Source: Acidimicrobiaceae bacterium
GTDB lineage: Bacteria; Actinomycetota; Acidimicrobiia; Acidimicrobiales; Poriferisodalaceae
DNA: 64,000 nucleotides
Direction: 5' to 3'
NCBI GenBank assembly: GCA_002721305.1
Contig: PBKA01000010.1
Span: 10,974-74,973, forward strand
This document shows positions 54,442-64,000 of the stretch, one piece after another. Under the pieces are notes generated by a model, which saw only the letters and a list, made by a program, of their open reading frames with translations, did no database searches and was not told the origin of the DNA. The stretch's first letter is position 1, and each line of letters starts with the position of its first letter. A program made the position numbers and the translations under genes.

Positions 54442-57400
54442 ATGGCGCTAGCTGACTTCAAACTGGAGGACCGATTCACACGTAGCGAGGGAGACGTCGC
54501 TATGTCAGGAGTCCAGGCTCTACTCAGAGTCCTTTTGGATCAGTTGCGCGCCGATAGACGCGACGGACTTAACAACGCGGCCATGGTGTCCGGCTACCGG
54601 GGCTCCCCGTTGGGAGGCATTGACACGCTGATGCTCAGCAACGCTGAGGAACTGGTTGACAACAACATCCAGTTCGTACCCGGCCTCAACGAAGATCTTG
54701 GGGCTACAACTGTTTGGGGTTCGCAGCTAGCCAACCGCAACTTCGACGGCAAATTCGATGGCGTGTTGGGTATGTGGTACGGCAAAGCTCCCGGTGTGGA
54801 TCGATCGGGCGACGCCATTCGGCACGCAAACGTTTGCGGTGTCGATCCCAAAGGTGGCGTACTGCTCGTAGCTGGTGATGACCCGGCCTCTAAGTCGTCG
54901 ACGCTGGCATCTGAATCTGAGTTCGCGTTGCTTCACTTTCAAACCCCAATTCTTTATCCAGGAACGGTTCAAGAGGTAGCTGATTACGGTCGAATTGGCT
55001 ACGAACTTTCCCGGTACAGCGGACTGTGGGTGGCGCTGAAAATTGTGACAAATGTCGCGGACGGATACTCGACCATCAAGGTAGGCCCCGGCCGAGTGCA
55101 AATGGAACGTCCCGACTTTGAATGGGATGGCGTTCCTTGGCAACACACCCAACAGGACGCGCTCTTTGGTCCGTTTGCAGTCCGCCAAGAACTCGAAATC
55201 CATGAAGGTCGGATGGAAGCCACTGACGCCTTCACTCGCCTCAATAGCCTCGACACCGTCAGCGGAGCTACCTCTGATGCCCGAATAGGATTTGTAGCGG
55301 CAGGCAAGACCTATTACGACCTTCGAGAGGCACTGGACCGAATGGGCCTTGACGAAGCCGCACTCAAGCACCGCGGCGTACGGCTCTATAAACCGGCGGT
55401 CGTGTGGCCACTTGAAGCAAACGGAGTCAAAGAATTTGCCAGCGGTCTCGAAACGATCGTGGTCGTTGAAGAAAAGCGGGCCTTCATTGAGACCTTCATG
55501 CGTGAGATTCTTTACGGATCAACCGACGCCCCAATGATTATCGGAAAACGTGACGCAGAAAACGCATTCTGGTTCCCCGGTCACGGAGAGATGGACGCGG
55601 ATCTCATCGCCCGAAAAATTCGCCCGTTCCTCGTTAACCGGCTAGGAGAAGACGCAGTAGGTCCAGCCGTACGTGAACGCCTGACGATTCCCGTTGCACT
55701 CGGGGAACCCGACACCAAAAAACAATCGAATCGCACACCCAGTTTCTGTTCCGGCTGTCCCCACAATCGTTCCACCTGGGTTCCGGAAGGTTCCGAAGCC
55801 GGCGGCGGCATCGGGTGCCACGGCATGGCGTCCATGACACCAACGCGCAACGTCAAAGGGACCACCCAAATGGGGGGAGAAGGAGTTCAATGGGTCGGAG
55901 CCGCACCATTTGTCACCATGGGACACAGATTCCAGAACATAGGTGACGGCACCTTCCACCACTCCGGTTCCCTGGCGGTCCGACAGGCTATTGCTGCGGG
56001 TACCAACGTCACGTACAAAATCCTTTACAACGCGGCAGTCGCAATGACAGGCGGACAGGATGTCGACGGCGGAATGACAGTCCCAGAGTTAACTCGCTCA
56101 CTTGAAGCCGAGGGTGTTACGAAGGTCATGGTATTAACCCATGACACGGAAAAATATGGGGAAGGCGCAAACTTCGCTGATGGTACGGAAGTCTGGTATC
56201 GAGACCGGCTTGATGAAGCGCAACGGATCCTGCGCGACACGCCAGGGTGCACGGTTCTCATTTATGACCAACCCTGTGCAGCCGAACTACGTCGCGACCG
56301 GAAACGAGGCAAGGTTGCCGAGCCGACGATGGCGGTCTTCATCAACGAGGCTGTCTGCGAAGGTTGTGGAGACTGTGGCGAGAAATCGAGTTGCCTCTCG
56401 GTGCAGCCCGTGGAAACAGAGTTCGGCAGGAAAACAGCTATCCACCAATCTTCATGCAACAAGGACTACACCTGTCTCGACGGAGACTGCCCAGCGTTCA
56501 TAGAAGTCGTACCCGCAGGCGCTGTGCCTGAAAAGTCGACCCTCGCTGTGGCCGAAATCGGCGACGACCAATCCGAACCTGACCGCCTTGACGAAGGCAA
56601 CGTCCTGATGATCGGAATCGGAGGCACCGGCGTTGTTACAGTCAACCAGCTGCTGGCGACAGCTGCCCTCCTAGACGGCAAAGAAGCCCACGGACTCGAT
56701 CAAACCGGACTCGCTCAAAAAGGCGGCCCAGTGGTATCCAACCTCAAGATTCGACGCCCCGATAGCGAACTTGAACTCGGGGAAGCCAACAAGATCGCGA
56801 CTGGAGAAGCCGATGCCTACATCGTCTTCGATTTATTGAGCGGGACAAACCCAGCCAACCTGGAAAAGGCGATGCCAGGACGCACCGTGGCCCTCGTGTC
56901 GTCCAGCAAAGTACCTACAGGCGCGATGGTTCGAGACACCTCGGCTGAATATCCAGAATGGTCGGCCCAACAGGAGTCGATCGACAGCGCCACCGTCCCA
57001 GAAAAAAACGTCTACTACGACGCAGGAAATCTGTCGGACAATCTATTTCGATCGCACATGCCAGCGAACATCATCGTCCTGGGCTCTGCCTATCAAAGCG
57101 GCGTAGTGCCGATCAGCGCAGCAGCAATAGAACGCGCCATCGAACTCAACGGTGTAGCCGTGGAAATGAACACACAGGCGTTCAGAATCGGTCGACAGAT
57201 AGTTATTGAACCTGAGTTCATTGAAAAACTGGGAATAGAGCGCCTAGGGAAAGTCAACCGCAAAAACACTGTCTCGGAAGGATTCGAGGCTCTTATTCAA
57301 TCAGTGCCAGACCCATCAGAAGAACTCGAACGGCTTCTAAGAATCCGAGTGCCCGACCTCGTTGACTACCAGAACACCAAATATGCGAAGGCCTATGTAG

Positions 57401-57927
57401 AGAAAGTCAGCGCAGTTAGGGCGGCAGAAGCAAGTGTGGGTCAAGACACGCGCTTGTCGGAGACCTACGCCCGGTACCTCTACAAACTGATGGCGTACAA
57501 GGACGAATACGAAGTCGCCCGCCTCCACAGGTCTAAAGCATTCCAACAAGCAGTGCGTGATCAATTCGGAGACCGAAGCAAAGTCACATATAAGTTGCAG
57601 CCGCCCTCAATGAGACGACTGGGTCTTGACCAAAAAATTGGGTTGGGTCGCTCAGGCGACGTAGCGTTTGCGGTCTTACGCAGGATGAAGTTCTTACGCG
57701 GAACCCCACTTGACATCTTCGGCAACACAACACACCGCAAGATGGAACGCGGACTGATCAACGAATACCAAACAATGATCGATTCGGTGATAGCCGATCT
57801 TCGCCCCGAAAGTTACGACAAAGCGCTCCGAATAGCGGAACTCCCCGACATGATCCGCGGATACGAAGGCGTTAAGGAAGCAAACGTAGAGAGATTCCGA
57901 CAGGCTGCCGACGAAATATTGGGTTAA
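54442..57927 (+). CDS. indolepyruvate:ferredoxin oxidoreductase family protein (fused alpha/beta, 2-oxoacid:ferredoxin oxidoreductase)
   Basis: 1161 aa. TPP-binding region GCPHNRS...GIGCHGM...GDGTFHHSG. Ferredoxin-like Cys clusters CEGCGDCGEKSSC...CNKDYTCLDGDCPAF. Confidence 0.9.
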   Translation: MALADFKLEDRFTRSEGDVAMSGVQALLRVLLDQLRADRRDGLNNAAMVSGYRGSPLGGIDTLMLSNAEELVDNNIQFVPGLNEDLGATTVWGSQLANRNFDGKFDGVLGMWYGKAPGVDRSGDAIRHANVCGVDPKGGVLLVAGDDPASKSSTLASESEFALLHFQTPILYPGTVQEVADYGRIGYELSRYSGLWVALKIVTNVADGYSTIKVGPGRVQMERPDFEWDGVPWQHTQQDALFGPFAVRQELEIHEGRMEATDAFTRLNSLDTVSGATSDARIGFVAAGKTYYDLREALDRMGLDEAALKHRGVRLYKPAVVWPLEANGVKEFASGLETIVVVEEKRAFIETFMREILYGSTDAPMIIGKRDAENAFWFPGHGEMDADLIARKIRPFLVNRLGEDAVGPAVRERLTIPVALGEPDTKKQSNRTPSFCSGCPHNRSTWVPEGSEAGGGIGCHGMASMTPTRNVKGTTQMGGEGVQWVGAAPFVTMGHRFQNIGDGTFHHSGSLAVRQAIAAGTNVTYKILYNAAVAMTGGQDVDGGMTVPELTRSLEAEGVTKVMVLTHDTEKYGEGANFADGTEVWYRDRLDEAQRILRDTPGCTVLIYDQPCAAELRRDRKRGKVAEPTMAVFINEAVCEGCGDCGEKSSCLSVQPVETEFGRKTAIHQSSCNKDYTCLDGDCPAFIEVVPAGAVPEKSTLAVAEIGDDQSEPDRLDEGNVLMIGIGGTGVVTVNQLLATAALLDGKEAHGLDQTGLAQKGGPVVSNLKIRRPDSELELGEANKIATGEADAYIVFDLLSGTNPANLEKAMPGRTVALVSSSKVPTGAMVRDTSAEYPEWSAQQESIDSATVPEKNVYYDAGNLSDNLFRSHMPANIIVLGSAYQSGVVPISAAAIERAIELNGVAVEMNTQAFRIGRQIVIEPEFIEKLGIERLGKVNRKNTVSEGFEALIQSVPDPSEELERLLRIRVPDLVDYQNTKYAKAYVEKVSAVRAAEASVGQDTRLSETYARYLYKLMAYKDEYEVARLHRSKAFQQAVRDQFGDRSKVTYKLQPPSMRRLGLDQKIGLGRSGDVAFAVLRRMKFLRGTPLDIFGNTTHRKMERGLINEYQTMIDSVIADLRPESYDKALRIAELPDMIRGYEGVKEANVERFRQAADEILG

Positions 57928-58061
57928 GGGTGGGCAAGTCGCCCCTTTCACATCTCTAGTTATTGAACCTCCGGGACGGATCACGGCGGCCGAACGGCCG
58001 AGGACCATGTGATCTCCTAGTTAACTGTGCGAATGTGTCTGCGAGCCAGCAGACTGGACGT

Positions 58062-59456
58062 ATGGATAACCAGGACCTGGATATCGCTAACTCTGTACTT
58101 GATCTCATCGGCAAGACGCCGATGGTCAAGTTGCCGAGAGTCGGCAGAACAGTTGCCTGTTCGATTGTCGCCAAACTTGAGACCACTAACCCTGGCGGAA
58201 GTTCCAAAGATAGACCAGCCCTCACAATGATCGACGACGCCGAAAAGGCTGGCCTTCTAAAGCCCGGAGGAACCATCATCGAACCCACCTCTGGGAACAC
58301 TGGCGTCGGTCTGGCCATAGTCGCCGCACAACGTGGTTATGACTGCATTTTCGTCATGACCGACAAAGTCAGCAACGAAAAGGTTGCCCTCCTAGAGGCG
58401 TACGGAGCGGAGGTCGTTGTTTGTCCCGTGGCCGTTCCACCGGAAGACCCTCGTTCTTACTACTCCACAGCGGAACGACTGGTTAAAGAAATCCCGAACG
58501 CGTATCGCCCCAACCAGTATCACAACCAAGCGAACCCTAGATCTCATTACGAAACCACGGGACCCGAAATCTGGGAACAAACTAAAGGCCGTGTTACCCA
58601 CTTTGTTGCTGGCGCAGGCACAGGAGGCACAATCACAGGGGTCGGCAGATATTTAAAGGAACAAAATCCCAAGATAACAATAGTTGCCGCTGATCCAACT
58701 AATTCCGTGTACTCAGGTGGCAGCGGCCGACCATACCTAGTTGAAGGTGTGGGCGAAGACTTTTGGCCTGACACCTACGATCCGGGAATAGTTGATTCCA
58801 CCATCGCGATCACCGATGCCGAGTCGTTTGCTATGGCGCACCGAGTCACTGTCGAAGAGGGAATCCTTATCGGTGGTTCAGGAGGAACAGCGGTTGCGGC
58901 TGCGTTGCGAGTTGCTGAAAATCTGACTGATCAAGACCTGGTCGTCGTCCTCATTCCTGACAGCGGCCGCGGATATTTGAGCAAAGTTTTTGACAAGTCG
59001 TGGATGATCAACATGGGCTTCTCGAGATACGAAGGGTCGACGGTCTCAGATGTTCTTGATCGCATAAGCGGAGGCGAACCCAACTTGATTTATGTTCGCC
59101 CCGAAACCAAGGTCGGAGACGCTCTTGAGATCATGCGTCAGCATGACCTACCTGTAATTCCGGTGGCAAGTGGTGAAATGCCGATAGCGGCCGCGGAAGT
59201 CATGGGTTCGGTGTCCGAAGACTCCTTGACGGAGCAATCTTTTGACGCTGATGGCTCGCTCAACCAGAGAGTCGATGAAGTGATGGGTCCGCACCTACCA
59301 ATGGTTGGAATAGGAGAATCCTTGGAGATCGCGGTCAATGAGCTTCAGAACTCGCCGGTGCTTCTAGTGCTTGACAACGGCCAGCCACGTAGTTTGTTGA
59401 CTGAATCAGACCTAAAAGGCTCTGACATTGGAGAACACGACCGGGAGGTGAGTTGA
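58062..59456 (+). CDS. cbs: cystathionine beta-synthase (CysK-fold PLP domain plus tandem CBS domains)
   Basis: PLP-Lys region TNPGGSSKDRPAL, SGNTGVGLA and GAGTGGTITG, with a C-terminal CBS pair. ATG 58062 preferred over the ORF-track start 57963. Confidence 0.9.
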   Translation: MDNQDLDIANSVLDLIGKTPMVKLPRVGRTVACSIVAKLETTNPGGSSKDRPALTMIDDAEKAGLLKPGGTIIEPTSGNTGVGLAIVAAQRGYDCIFVMTDKVSNEKVALLEAYGAEVVVCPVAVPPEDPRSYYSTAERLVKEIPNAYRPNQYHNQANPRSHYETTGPEIWEQTKGRVTHFVAGAGTGGTITGVGRYLKEQNPKITIVAADPTNSVYSGGSGRPYLVEGVGEDFWPDTYDPGIVDSTIAITDAESFAMAHRVTVEEGILIGGSGGTAVAAALRVAENLTDQDLVVVLIPDSGRGYLSKVFDKSWMINMGFSRYEGSTVSDVLDRISGGEPNLIYVRPETKVGDALEIMRQHDLPVIPVASGEMPIAAAEVMGSVSEDSLTEQSFDADGSLNQRVDEVMGPHLPMVGIGESLEIAVNELQNSPVLLVLDNGQPRSLLTESDLKGSDIGEHDREVS

Positions 59457-59457
59457 A

Positions 59458-60648
59458 ATGATGGGCGGTGACCCCCTTCTTTCAGGATTCGAAGATCCAG
59501 AGGACTTCGGATTCGAGACACGCGCGATTCGAGCAGGCCAACCCCACGACCAGCGAACCGGCGGGGTTGTGACGCCGATATCGTTGTCGACTACCTTCGC
59601 TCAGGATGCACCCGGATCTCCAAGGAACGGATATGAATATTCGAGAACGGGAAACCCGACCCGTCACGCTTATGAAGCGTGCGTTGCTTCCCTAGAAGGT
59701 GCCAAATATGGTTTCGCCTTTGCAAGTGGCCTCTCAGCCGAAGATGCCTTATTTCGCCAGCTATCACCCGGGTCTCAAATTTTGTTGGGTAACGACGCCT
59801 ACGGAGGGACCTTTCGACTGATCGACAGTGTCCACGGTAAGAAATCTGGCTTGGCCAACGCGGCTGTCGATCTGACGAAACCTGAACAAATCAAAGAGGT
59901 CTGGACCCCAGACACAAAGATGGTGTGGCTGGAGACACCCACCAACCCACTGCTTTCGGTATTCGATATTCAGGCCATTGCTGATCTAGTGCATGACTTG
60001 GGAGGCACCGTCGTAGTGGACAACACTTTCGCGACTCCCTATTTGCAGCAACCCCTGTCGCTCGGAGCCGACGTAGTAGTGCATTCCGCAACAAAGTACA
60101 TCGGTGGTCATAGCGATGTTGTCGGAGGTTTCGTGGCTACCAACCATGAATCACTCGCCGACGACCTGGTCTATGTACAAAACGCGGTCGGAGCAGTTCC
60201 AAGTCCGTTTGACTGTTATCTGGCGTTGAGAGGGGTCAAGACACTGCCGGTGCGCATGGATCGCCACTGTGAAAACGCCCAACTCATCGTCTCACTACTC
60301 AAAGCACATGATGCGGTGAGCCAAGTGCTGTATCCCGGGCTGGCGGAACACCCCGGTCATGAGATTGCTTCTAGACAGATGAAGAACTTCGGAGGGATGG
60401 TCAGTTTCCGATTGGCGGCGGGACAAGCGGCAGCTGAGCAGCTCGTTACCGCGACAGAAATTTTCACGCTCGCAGAATCTTTAGGGGCGGTTGAATCGCT
60501 CATCGAGCACCCAGGGGTGATGACGCATCTGTCCGTTGCGGGTTCCGCTCTCGAAGTACCTGACGACTTGGTACGAGTGTCGGTAGGGATTGAATCAGCT
60601 GACGATCTCGTGGCGGATCTCACCCAAGCTCTAGATCAACTCGGATAG
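59458..60648 (+). CDS. cystathionine gamma-lyase/gamma-synthase family PLP enzyme
   Basis: YSRTGNPT and the PLP-Lys motif HSATKYIGGHSDVVGG. Confidence 0.9.
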   Translation: MMGGDPLLSGFEDPEDFGFETRAIRAGQPHDQRTGGVVTPISLSTTFAQDAPGSPRNGYEYSRTGNPTRHAYEACVASLEGAKYGFAFASGLSAEDALFRQLSPGSQILLGNDAYGGTFRLIDSVHGKKSGLANAAVDLTKPEQIKEVWTPDTKMVWLETPTNPLLSVFDIQAIADLVHDLGGTVVVDNTFATPYLQQPLSLGADVVVHSATKYIGGHSDVVGGFVATNHESLADDLVYVQNAVGAVPSPFDCYLALRGVKTLPVRMDRHCENAQLIVSLLKAHDAVSQVLYPGLAEHPGHEIASRQMKNFGGMVSFRLAAGQAAAEQLVTATEIFTLAESLGAVESLIEHPGVMTHLSVAGSALEVPDDLVRVSVGIESADDLVADLTQALDQLG

Positions 60649-60674
60649 ACAACCCCGCGGGAATTCACACGGCC

Positions 60675-60690
60675 GTAACACAAAAGAAAC
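60675..60690 (+). promoter_or_regulatory. candidate GlnR box GTAAC-N6-GAAAC upstream of amt
   Basis: GTAACacaaaaGAAAC matches the actinobacterial GlnR half-site pattern gTnAc-n6-GaAAc. It lies about 70 nt upstream of the amt ATG. Confidence 0.35.
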
Positions 60691-60757
60691 TGGCCCATGA
60701 TTTTGGTTGTCTACTTTCTGTTGAAGCGGATGCCCGTCCGCGCGGAAGGAAGATCGA

Positions 60758-61960
60758 ATGGAAGGCAACATTGCCTGGATCCTGACCTCTGCTGCCTTGG
60801 TCCTATTTATGGTGCCAGGGTTAGCTCTCTTTTACGGAGGCATGGTCAGGGCCAAGAACGCGCTCAACATGTTGAACATGAACATGTGGTGCCTCGGAAT
60901 CGTGCCCGTGGTTTGGGTACTCGTTGGATTCAGCCTGGCGGCAGGCGATAGCGGCCGAAGCTGGCTCGGAGATCTGAGCATCGTTGGCATGAAAGGCATT
61001 CACGATGCTGAAGGAATAGCAACTTTCGCATTCCTCATGACCTTCGCATGCATTACACCGGCATTGATCTCGGGTGCTGTGGCAGACCGTATGAAATTCT
61101 CAGCCTGGATGATCTTTGTTCCTGTGTGGTCGTTGGTGGTGTACGCCCCTGTCGTTTATTGGATATATGGCGCAGACGGCTGGATCTTCAATTTGCCTGC
61201 TCATGACTTTGCTGGCGGTACAGCGATCCATGTCAACGCGGGTGCTGCTGCCTTGGCGCTGGCGATTGTTCTCGGAAAGAGAACCGGATGGCCACAAAAT
61301 CGACCTGCGCCGCACAACGTCCCGTTCGTGATGTTGGGGGCAGGAATCTTGTGGTTCGGATGGTTCGGATTTAACGCCGGATCGGCGCTTGCAGCAGATG
61401 GGGCGGCTACACAAGCGTTCGTGAACACGTTTATAGCGGGGGCTGCGGGCATGGTTGCGTGGATGGTTATCGAAATGGCGAAAACAGGAAAAGTCAGCAC
61501 AATCGGCATGGCATCGGGCATCGTCGCAGCGTTAGTTGCCATAACTCCGGCAGCCGGTTTCGTCGGCTCCATGCATTCGTTCGTGTTTGGTGCATTAGCA
61601 GGTGCCATTTGTTTCTTTGCTATCGAAGCCAAATTCCGATTCGGCTTCGACGACAGCCTTGACGTTGTGGGTATCCACTTTGTTGGAGGCGCCGTAGGAG
61701 GCATCTTGCTCGGATTTATGGCTGATGCGTCGGCGGTCCCAGGCGGAGACTTCGAAAACGGTGTCTTTTTCGGGGGAGGAATTCTCCTTTGGAACCAAAT
61801 CCTCTCGATAGCAGTGGTTACAGCCTTTTCGTTTGTCGCCACCTACATCATTGCCAAGGCGATCGACAAGACAATGGGGCTCAGAGTCACCGAGAGCACT
61901 GAAATGACGGGACTTGATGTCAGCGACCATGGCGAAGCGGCCTATGTGATCGAATCCTAA
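60758..61960 (+). CDS. amt: ammonium transporter
   Basis: AHDFAGGTAIHVNAGAAALA, FGWFGFNAGSA and LDVVGIHFVGGAVGGIL, which carry the twin-His and Phe-gate motifs. Confidence 0.95.
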   Translation: MEGNIAWILTSAALVLFMVPGLALFYGGMVRAKNALNMLNMNMWCLGIVPVVWVLVGFSLAAGDSGRSWLGDLSIVGMKGIHDAEGIATFAFLMTFACITPALISGAVADRMKFSAWMIFVPVWSLVVYAPVVYWIYGADGWIFNLPAHDFAGGTAIHVNAGAAALALAIVLGKRTGWPQNRPAPHNVPFVMLGAGILWFGWFGFNAGSALAADGAATQAFVNTFIAGAAGMVAWMVIEMAKTGKVSTIGMASGIVAALVAITPAAGFVGSMHSFVFGALAGAICFFAIEAKFRFGFDDSLDVVGIHFVGGAVGGILLGFMADASAVPGGDFENGVFFGGGILLWNQILSIAVVTAFSFVATYIIAKAIDKTMGLRVTESTEMTGLDVSDHGEAAYVIES

Positions 61961-62049
61961 AGCCTTCCTAACGTCTGCAGGCATCACCGGCTTTCTCAAA
62001 CCGTGGTAATTATCAAGCGGGTTGCGACCCCCTTGAGACCTGCAAAGTG

Positions 62050-62080
62050 AGCCCGCATCGGTCAAGGATCGATGCGGGCT
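62050..62080 (+). terminator. stem-loop downstream of amt (11-bp stem, 9-nt loop), possible intrinsic terminator
   Basis: AGCCCGCATCG (62050-62060) pairs with CGATGCGGGCT (62070-62080). It is followed by TTGCT, so the U-tract is weak. Confidence 0.45.
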
Positions 62081-62096
62081 TGCTACGTTGCTCTTT

Positions 62097-62789
62097 GTGA
62101 AAACCGAAGATGAAGTCCCTCAACAATTCGCCCAACAACGCTGGCAACGACACCCGGGGGCAACCGAAGTCATTTTGCTACGACACGGCGCTTCCCAGCC
62201 GTTTGTTCCAGGTGAGCCCTTTCCACTAGTCGACGGTCAAGGAGATCCACCGCTATCAGCGGTGGGTCTCGACCAAGCGCAAAGATCAGCTGACCGGCTC
62301 CGACACGAACCAATAGCTGCTCTTTATGCGACGAATATGCAACGAACTCAGCAAACACTCGGTCCTCTCGCGGCGTTACTTGAAATAAACATCGTCATTG
62401 AAAAAGACTTGAGAGAGATCGGCCTCGGAGAATGGGAGGGCGGCCTACTGCGGCAGAAAGCTGCTGAGAACCATCCCATTTATCAGCAGATGTTGCTGGA
62501 ACAGCGATGGGATGTCATCCCCGGCGCCGAAACCAACGAAGAGTTCGGTTCTCGATGCATGGACGCACTCAACCGAATAGTTGACAGGCATCCCGGCGAA
62601 CTAATTTTGTGCGGTGTACACGGCGGTGTAATCGGATCCCTTCTAGCGCAGGTGGCCTCATCAAGAGCATTTGCATTCGGAGGGGCCGACAACTGCTCGA
62701 TTAGTCAGATTGTCCGGACGGAAGGTGACTGGTCGATTCGCCGATTCAATGACAGCAGTCACCTGTTCGGACAGCTTCACCACGGTTAA
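62097..62789 (+). CDS. histidine phosphatase (phosphoglycerate mutase-like) family protein
   Basis: RHG motif VILLRHGAS and ...CGVHGGVI... Start is GTG 62097 or TTG 62088. Confidence 0.75.
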   Translation: MKTEDEVPQQFAQQRWQRHPGATEVILLRHGASQPFVPGEPFPLVDGQGDPPLSAVGLDQAQRSADRLRHEPIAALYATNMQRTQQTLGPLAALLEINIVIEKDLREIGLGEWEGGLLRQKAAENHPIYQQMLLEQRWDVIPGAETNEEFGSRCMDALNRIVDRHPGELILCGVHGGVIGSLLAQVASSRAFAFGGADNCSISQIVRTEGDWSIRRFNDSSHLFGQLHHG

Positions 62790-62813
62790 TTCCTGCTCAT
62801 AGTGCTCGTCGCC

Positions 62814-64000
62814 TCAAGCACTGTTAAAAAATTCAGTGAGCGCTGAAGTGAGATAAGCCGGATCTCGGGAACCGCCCAGTTCTCTCGCTGAATGCATCGA
62901 CAATTGAGCACTTCCGACATCAACCACCGACATCCCGAGCTGGGCTGCTGTAATTGGACCAATTGTGCTGCCGCACAACAAGTTGGTCCGATGCGCGTAC
63001 TGCTGGAAAGGCACCCCAGCTGAGCGACAGACTGACTGAAAAAGTGCGTTGCTCTCTGCATCGGTCGCGTATCGAACATTTGCATTGGTCTTGATCACTG
63101 GCCCACCGTTGAGGACGACGCGATGTTGGGGTTCGTGTCGGTCTACGTAATTTGGGTGCACCGCGTGTGCTCCGTCCGCCGACACGCAAATCGAACGGTT
63201 CAGCGCTCGTAGGAACTGTTCACGAGTTGCTGAACGTGTTCCAGCGAGCCTTTCCAACGCGTTGGCGAGCATCGGCCCCCTAGCTCCAGTAGAGGATTCA
63301 CTACCGATTTCTTCATGATCAAACAGAACAATTACAGCAATGGTGTTGTTTTCAACAGTGTCGATTTCTCGGAGGGCCTCTAAGGCCGCGTGACAGGACG
63401 CGAGATTATCTATCCGAGGCGCCGCATACAGTTCGCCGCTCCGACCTAGAACTGTCGCCGGTGTGAGATCGTGACACATGACATCCCATGCCACAACGTC
63501 CGATTCATTGACTCCGAGCTCACCAGCCAGAAAAGAACGGAAATCTCCATCTTCACCGGTGCCTACACCCCAAATAGGTGCGAGATGAGATTGGCGATCT
63601 AGCTTCAGTCCTTCGTTTACTTCCCGGTCCAAATGAATTGCTAATTGGGCTACGCGAAGGAGAGGCCGATTTGCCTCAAACAACAAGGGTTGGTTCGTCA
63701 TTCCATCCCGCACCACTACGCGACCTGAAAGGCCCAAATCTCGGTCCAACCATGAGTTCAATAGAACTCCGCCATAAACCTCTACTCCCAACTGCCTGTA
63801 TCCCACGTTGTCGAAATCGGGATTCGGTTTGATCCTGAGATTTGGGCTGTCGGTGTGTGCTCCCACCAACCGGAAACGTAACTGGTCGGGATTCATCTGG
63901 GGACCGAAGGCGGCTGCAATTACAACACCTCCCCAACTCATGACAACTCGATCGCTGTCACCCCATTCCTCGTCTGGTGTAAACGCCTCGAAGCCGGCGT
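62814..64000 (-). CDS. M18-family (aspartyl) aminopeptidase; N-terminus lies beyond the window edge
   Basis: LVGAHTDSPNLRIKPN and ...FDHEEIGSES...SADGAHAVHPNY... The frame stays open upstream of the ORF-track Met (63941) to position 64000 (...AGFEAFTPDEEWGDSDRVVMSWGG...). M18 enzymes are about 50 aa longer than the 375-aa ORF. Confidence 0.85.
   Translation of the reverse strand, partial: AGFEAFTPDEEWGDSDRVVMSWGGVVIAAAFGPQMNPDQLRFRLVGAHTDSPNLRIKPNPDFDNVGYRQLGVEVYGGVLLNSWLDRDLGLSGRVVVRDGMTNQPLLFEANRPLLRVAQLAIHLDREVNEGLKLDRQSHLAPIWGVGTGEDGDFRSFLAGELGVNESDVVAWDVMCHDLTPATVLGRSGELYAAPRIDNLASCHAALEALREIDTVENNTIAVIVLFDHEEIGSESSTGARGPMLANALERLAGTRSATREQFLRALNRSICVSADGAHAVHPNYVDRHEPQHRVVLNGGPVIKTNANVRYATDAESNALFQSVCRSAGVPFQQYAHRTNLLCGSTIGPITAAQLGMSVVDVGSAQLSMHSARELGGSRDPAYLTSALTEFFNSA

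Noticed and set aside
57928-58061. Possible SAM/SAH-type riboswitch in the 134-nt leader of the cbs-cgl operon
   Set aside because: The region has some nested GC stems (GGATCAC...GTGATCT, CGGCCG repeats). I could not match it to the SAM-I, SAM-IV or SAH consensus cores from memory. A covariance-model scan (Rfam) would be needed.

Overview
The window looks like an actinobacterial chromosomal segment. It has about 60 protein genes, 2 tRNAs, no mobile elements and no CRISPR array.

Gene order: the left two thirds are housekeeping genes. Their order follows, as I remember it, the Mycobacterium tuberculosis Rv1003-Rv1026 neighbourhood: rsmI, metG, tatD, rpf, ksgA, ispE, tRNA-Gln, glmU-like, prs, rplY, pth, mfd, mazG, eno, ftsB-like, DUF501, ppx. 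An 8.6-kb block (26347-34960) interrupts this order between the ftsB-like and DUF501 genes. It holds a TetR regulator, CoxS/CoxM-type subunits of a molybdenum hydroxylase and the maturation genes, but no catalytic large subunit.

Accessory region: to the right of tRNA-Leu(UAA), about 38.7-57.9 kb, lies oxidoreductase- and transporter-rich DNA. It encodes a P450, LysR, an archaeal-type inositol-3-phosphate synthase, two LLM oxidoreductases, a PhyH dioxygenase, SDRs, MFS/DMT transporters and an indolepyruvate:ferredoxin oxidoreductase. After that come cbs/cgl, amt and a partial M18 aminopeptidase.

Main finding: 51974-53119 reads as one GrdB/PrdB-family gene with a single in-frame TGA at 52418-52420. 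The local motif is TPV-U-PLC, i.e. UxxC. A 6-bp/5-nt-loop hairpin starts exactly 11 nt downstream, which is bacterial SECIS geometry. This makes it a candidate selenoprotein, and it sits in an uncharacterised catabolic cluster.

Other points:
- A phospho-sugar mutase is broken by an in-frame TAG.
- XdhC is split.
- The gene at the glmU position lacks the acetyltransferase half.
- An MBOAT gene is followed by two SGNH genes.
- Two very small basic ORFs are missing from the ORF track and resemble the actinobacterial ribosomal proteins bL37 and bS22.
- There are several candidate operator sites.

All functional calls come from motif recognition and remembered family knowledge. No database search was run.
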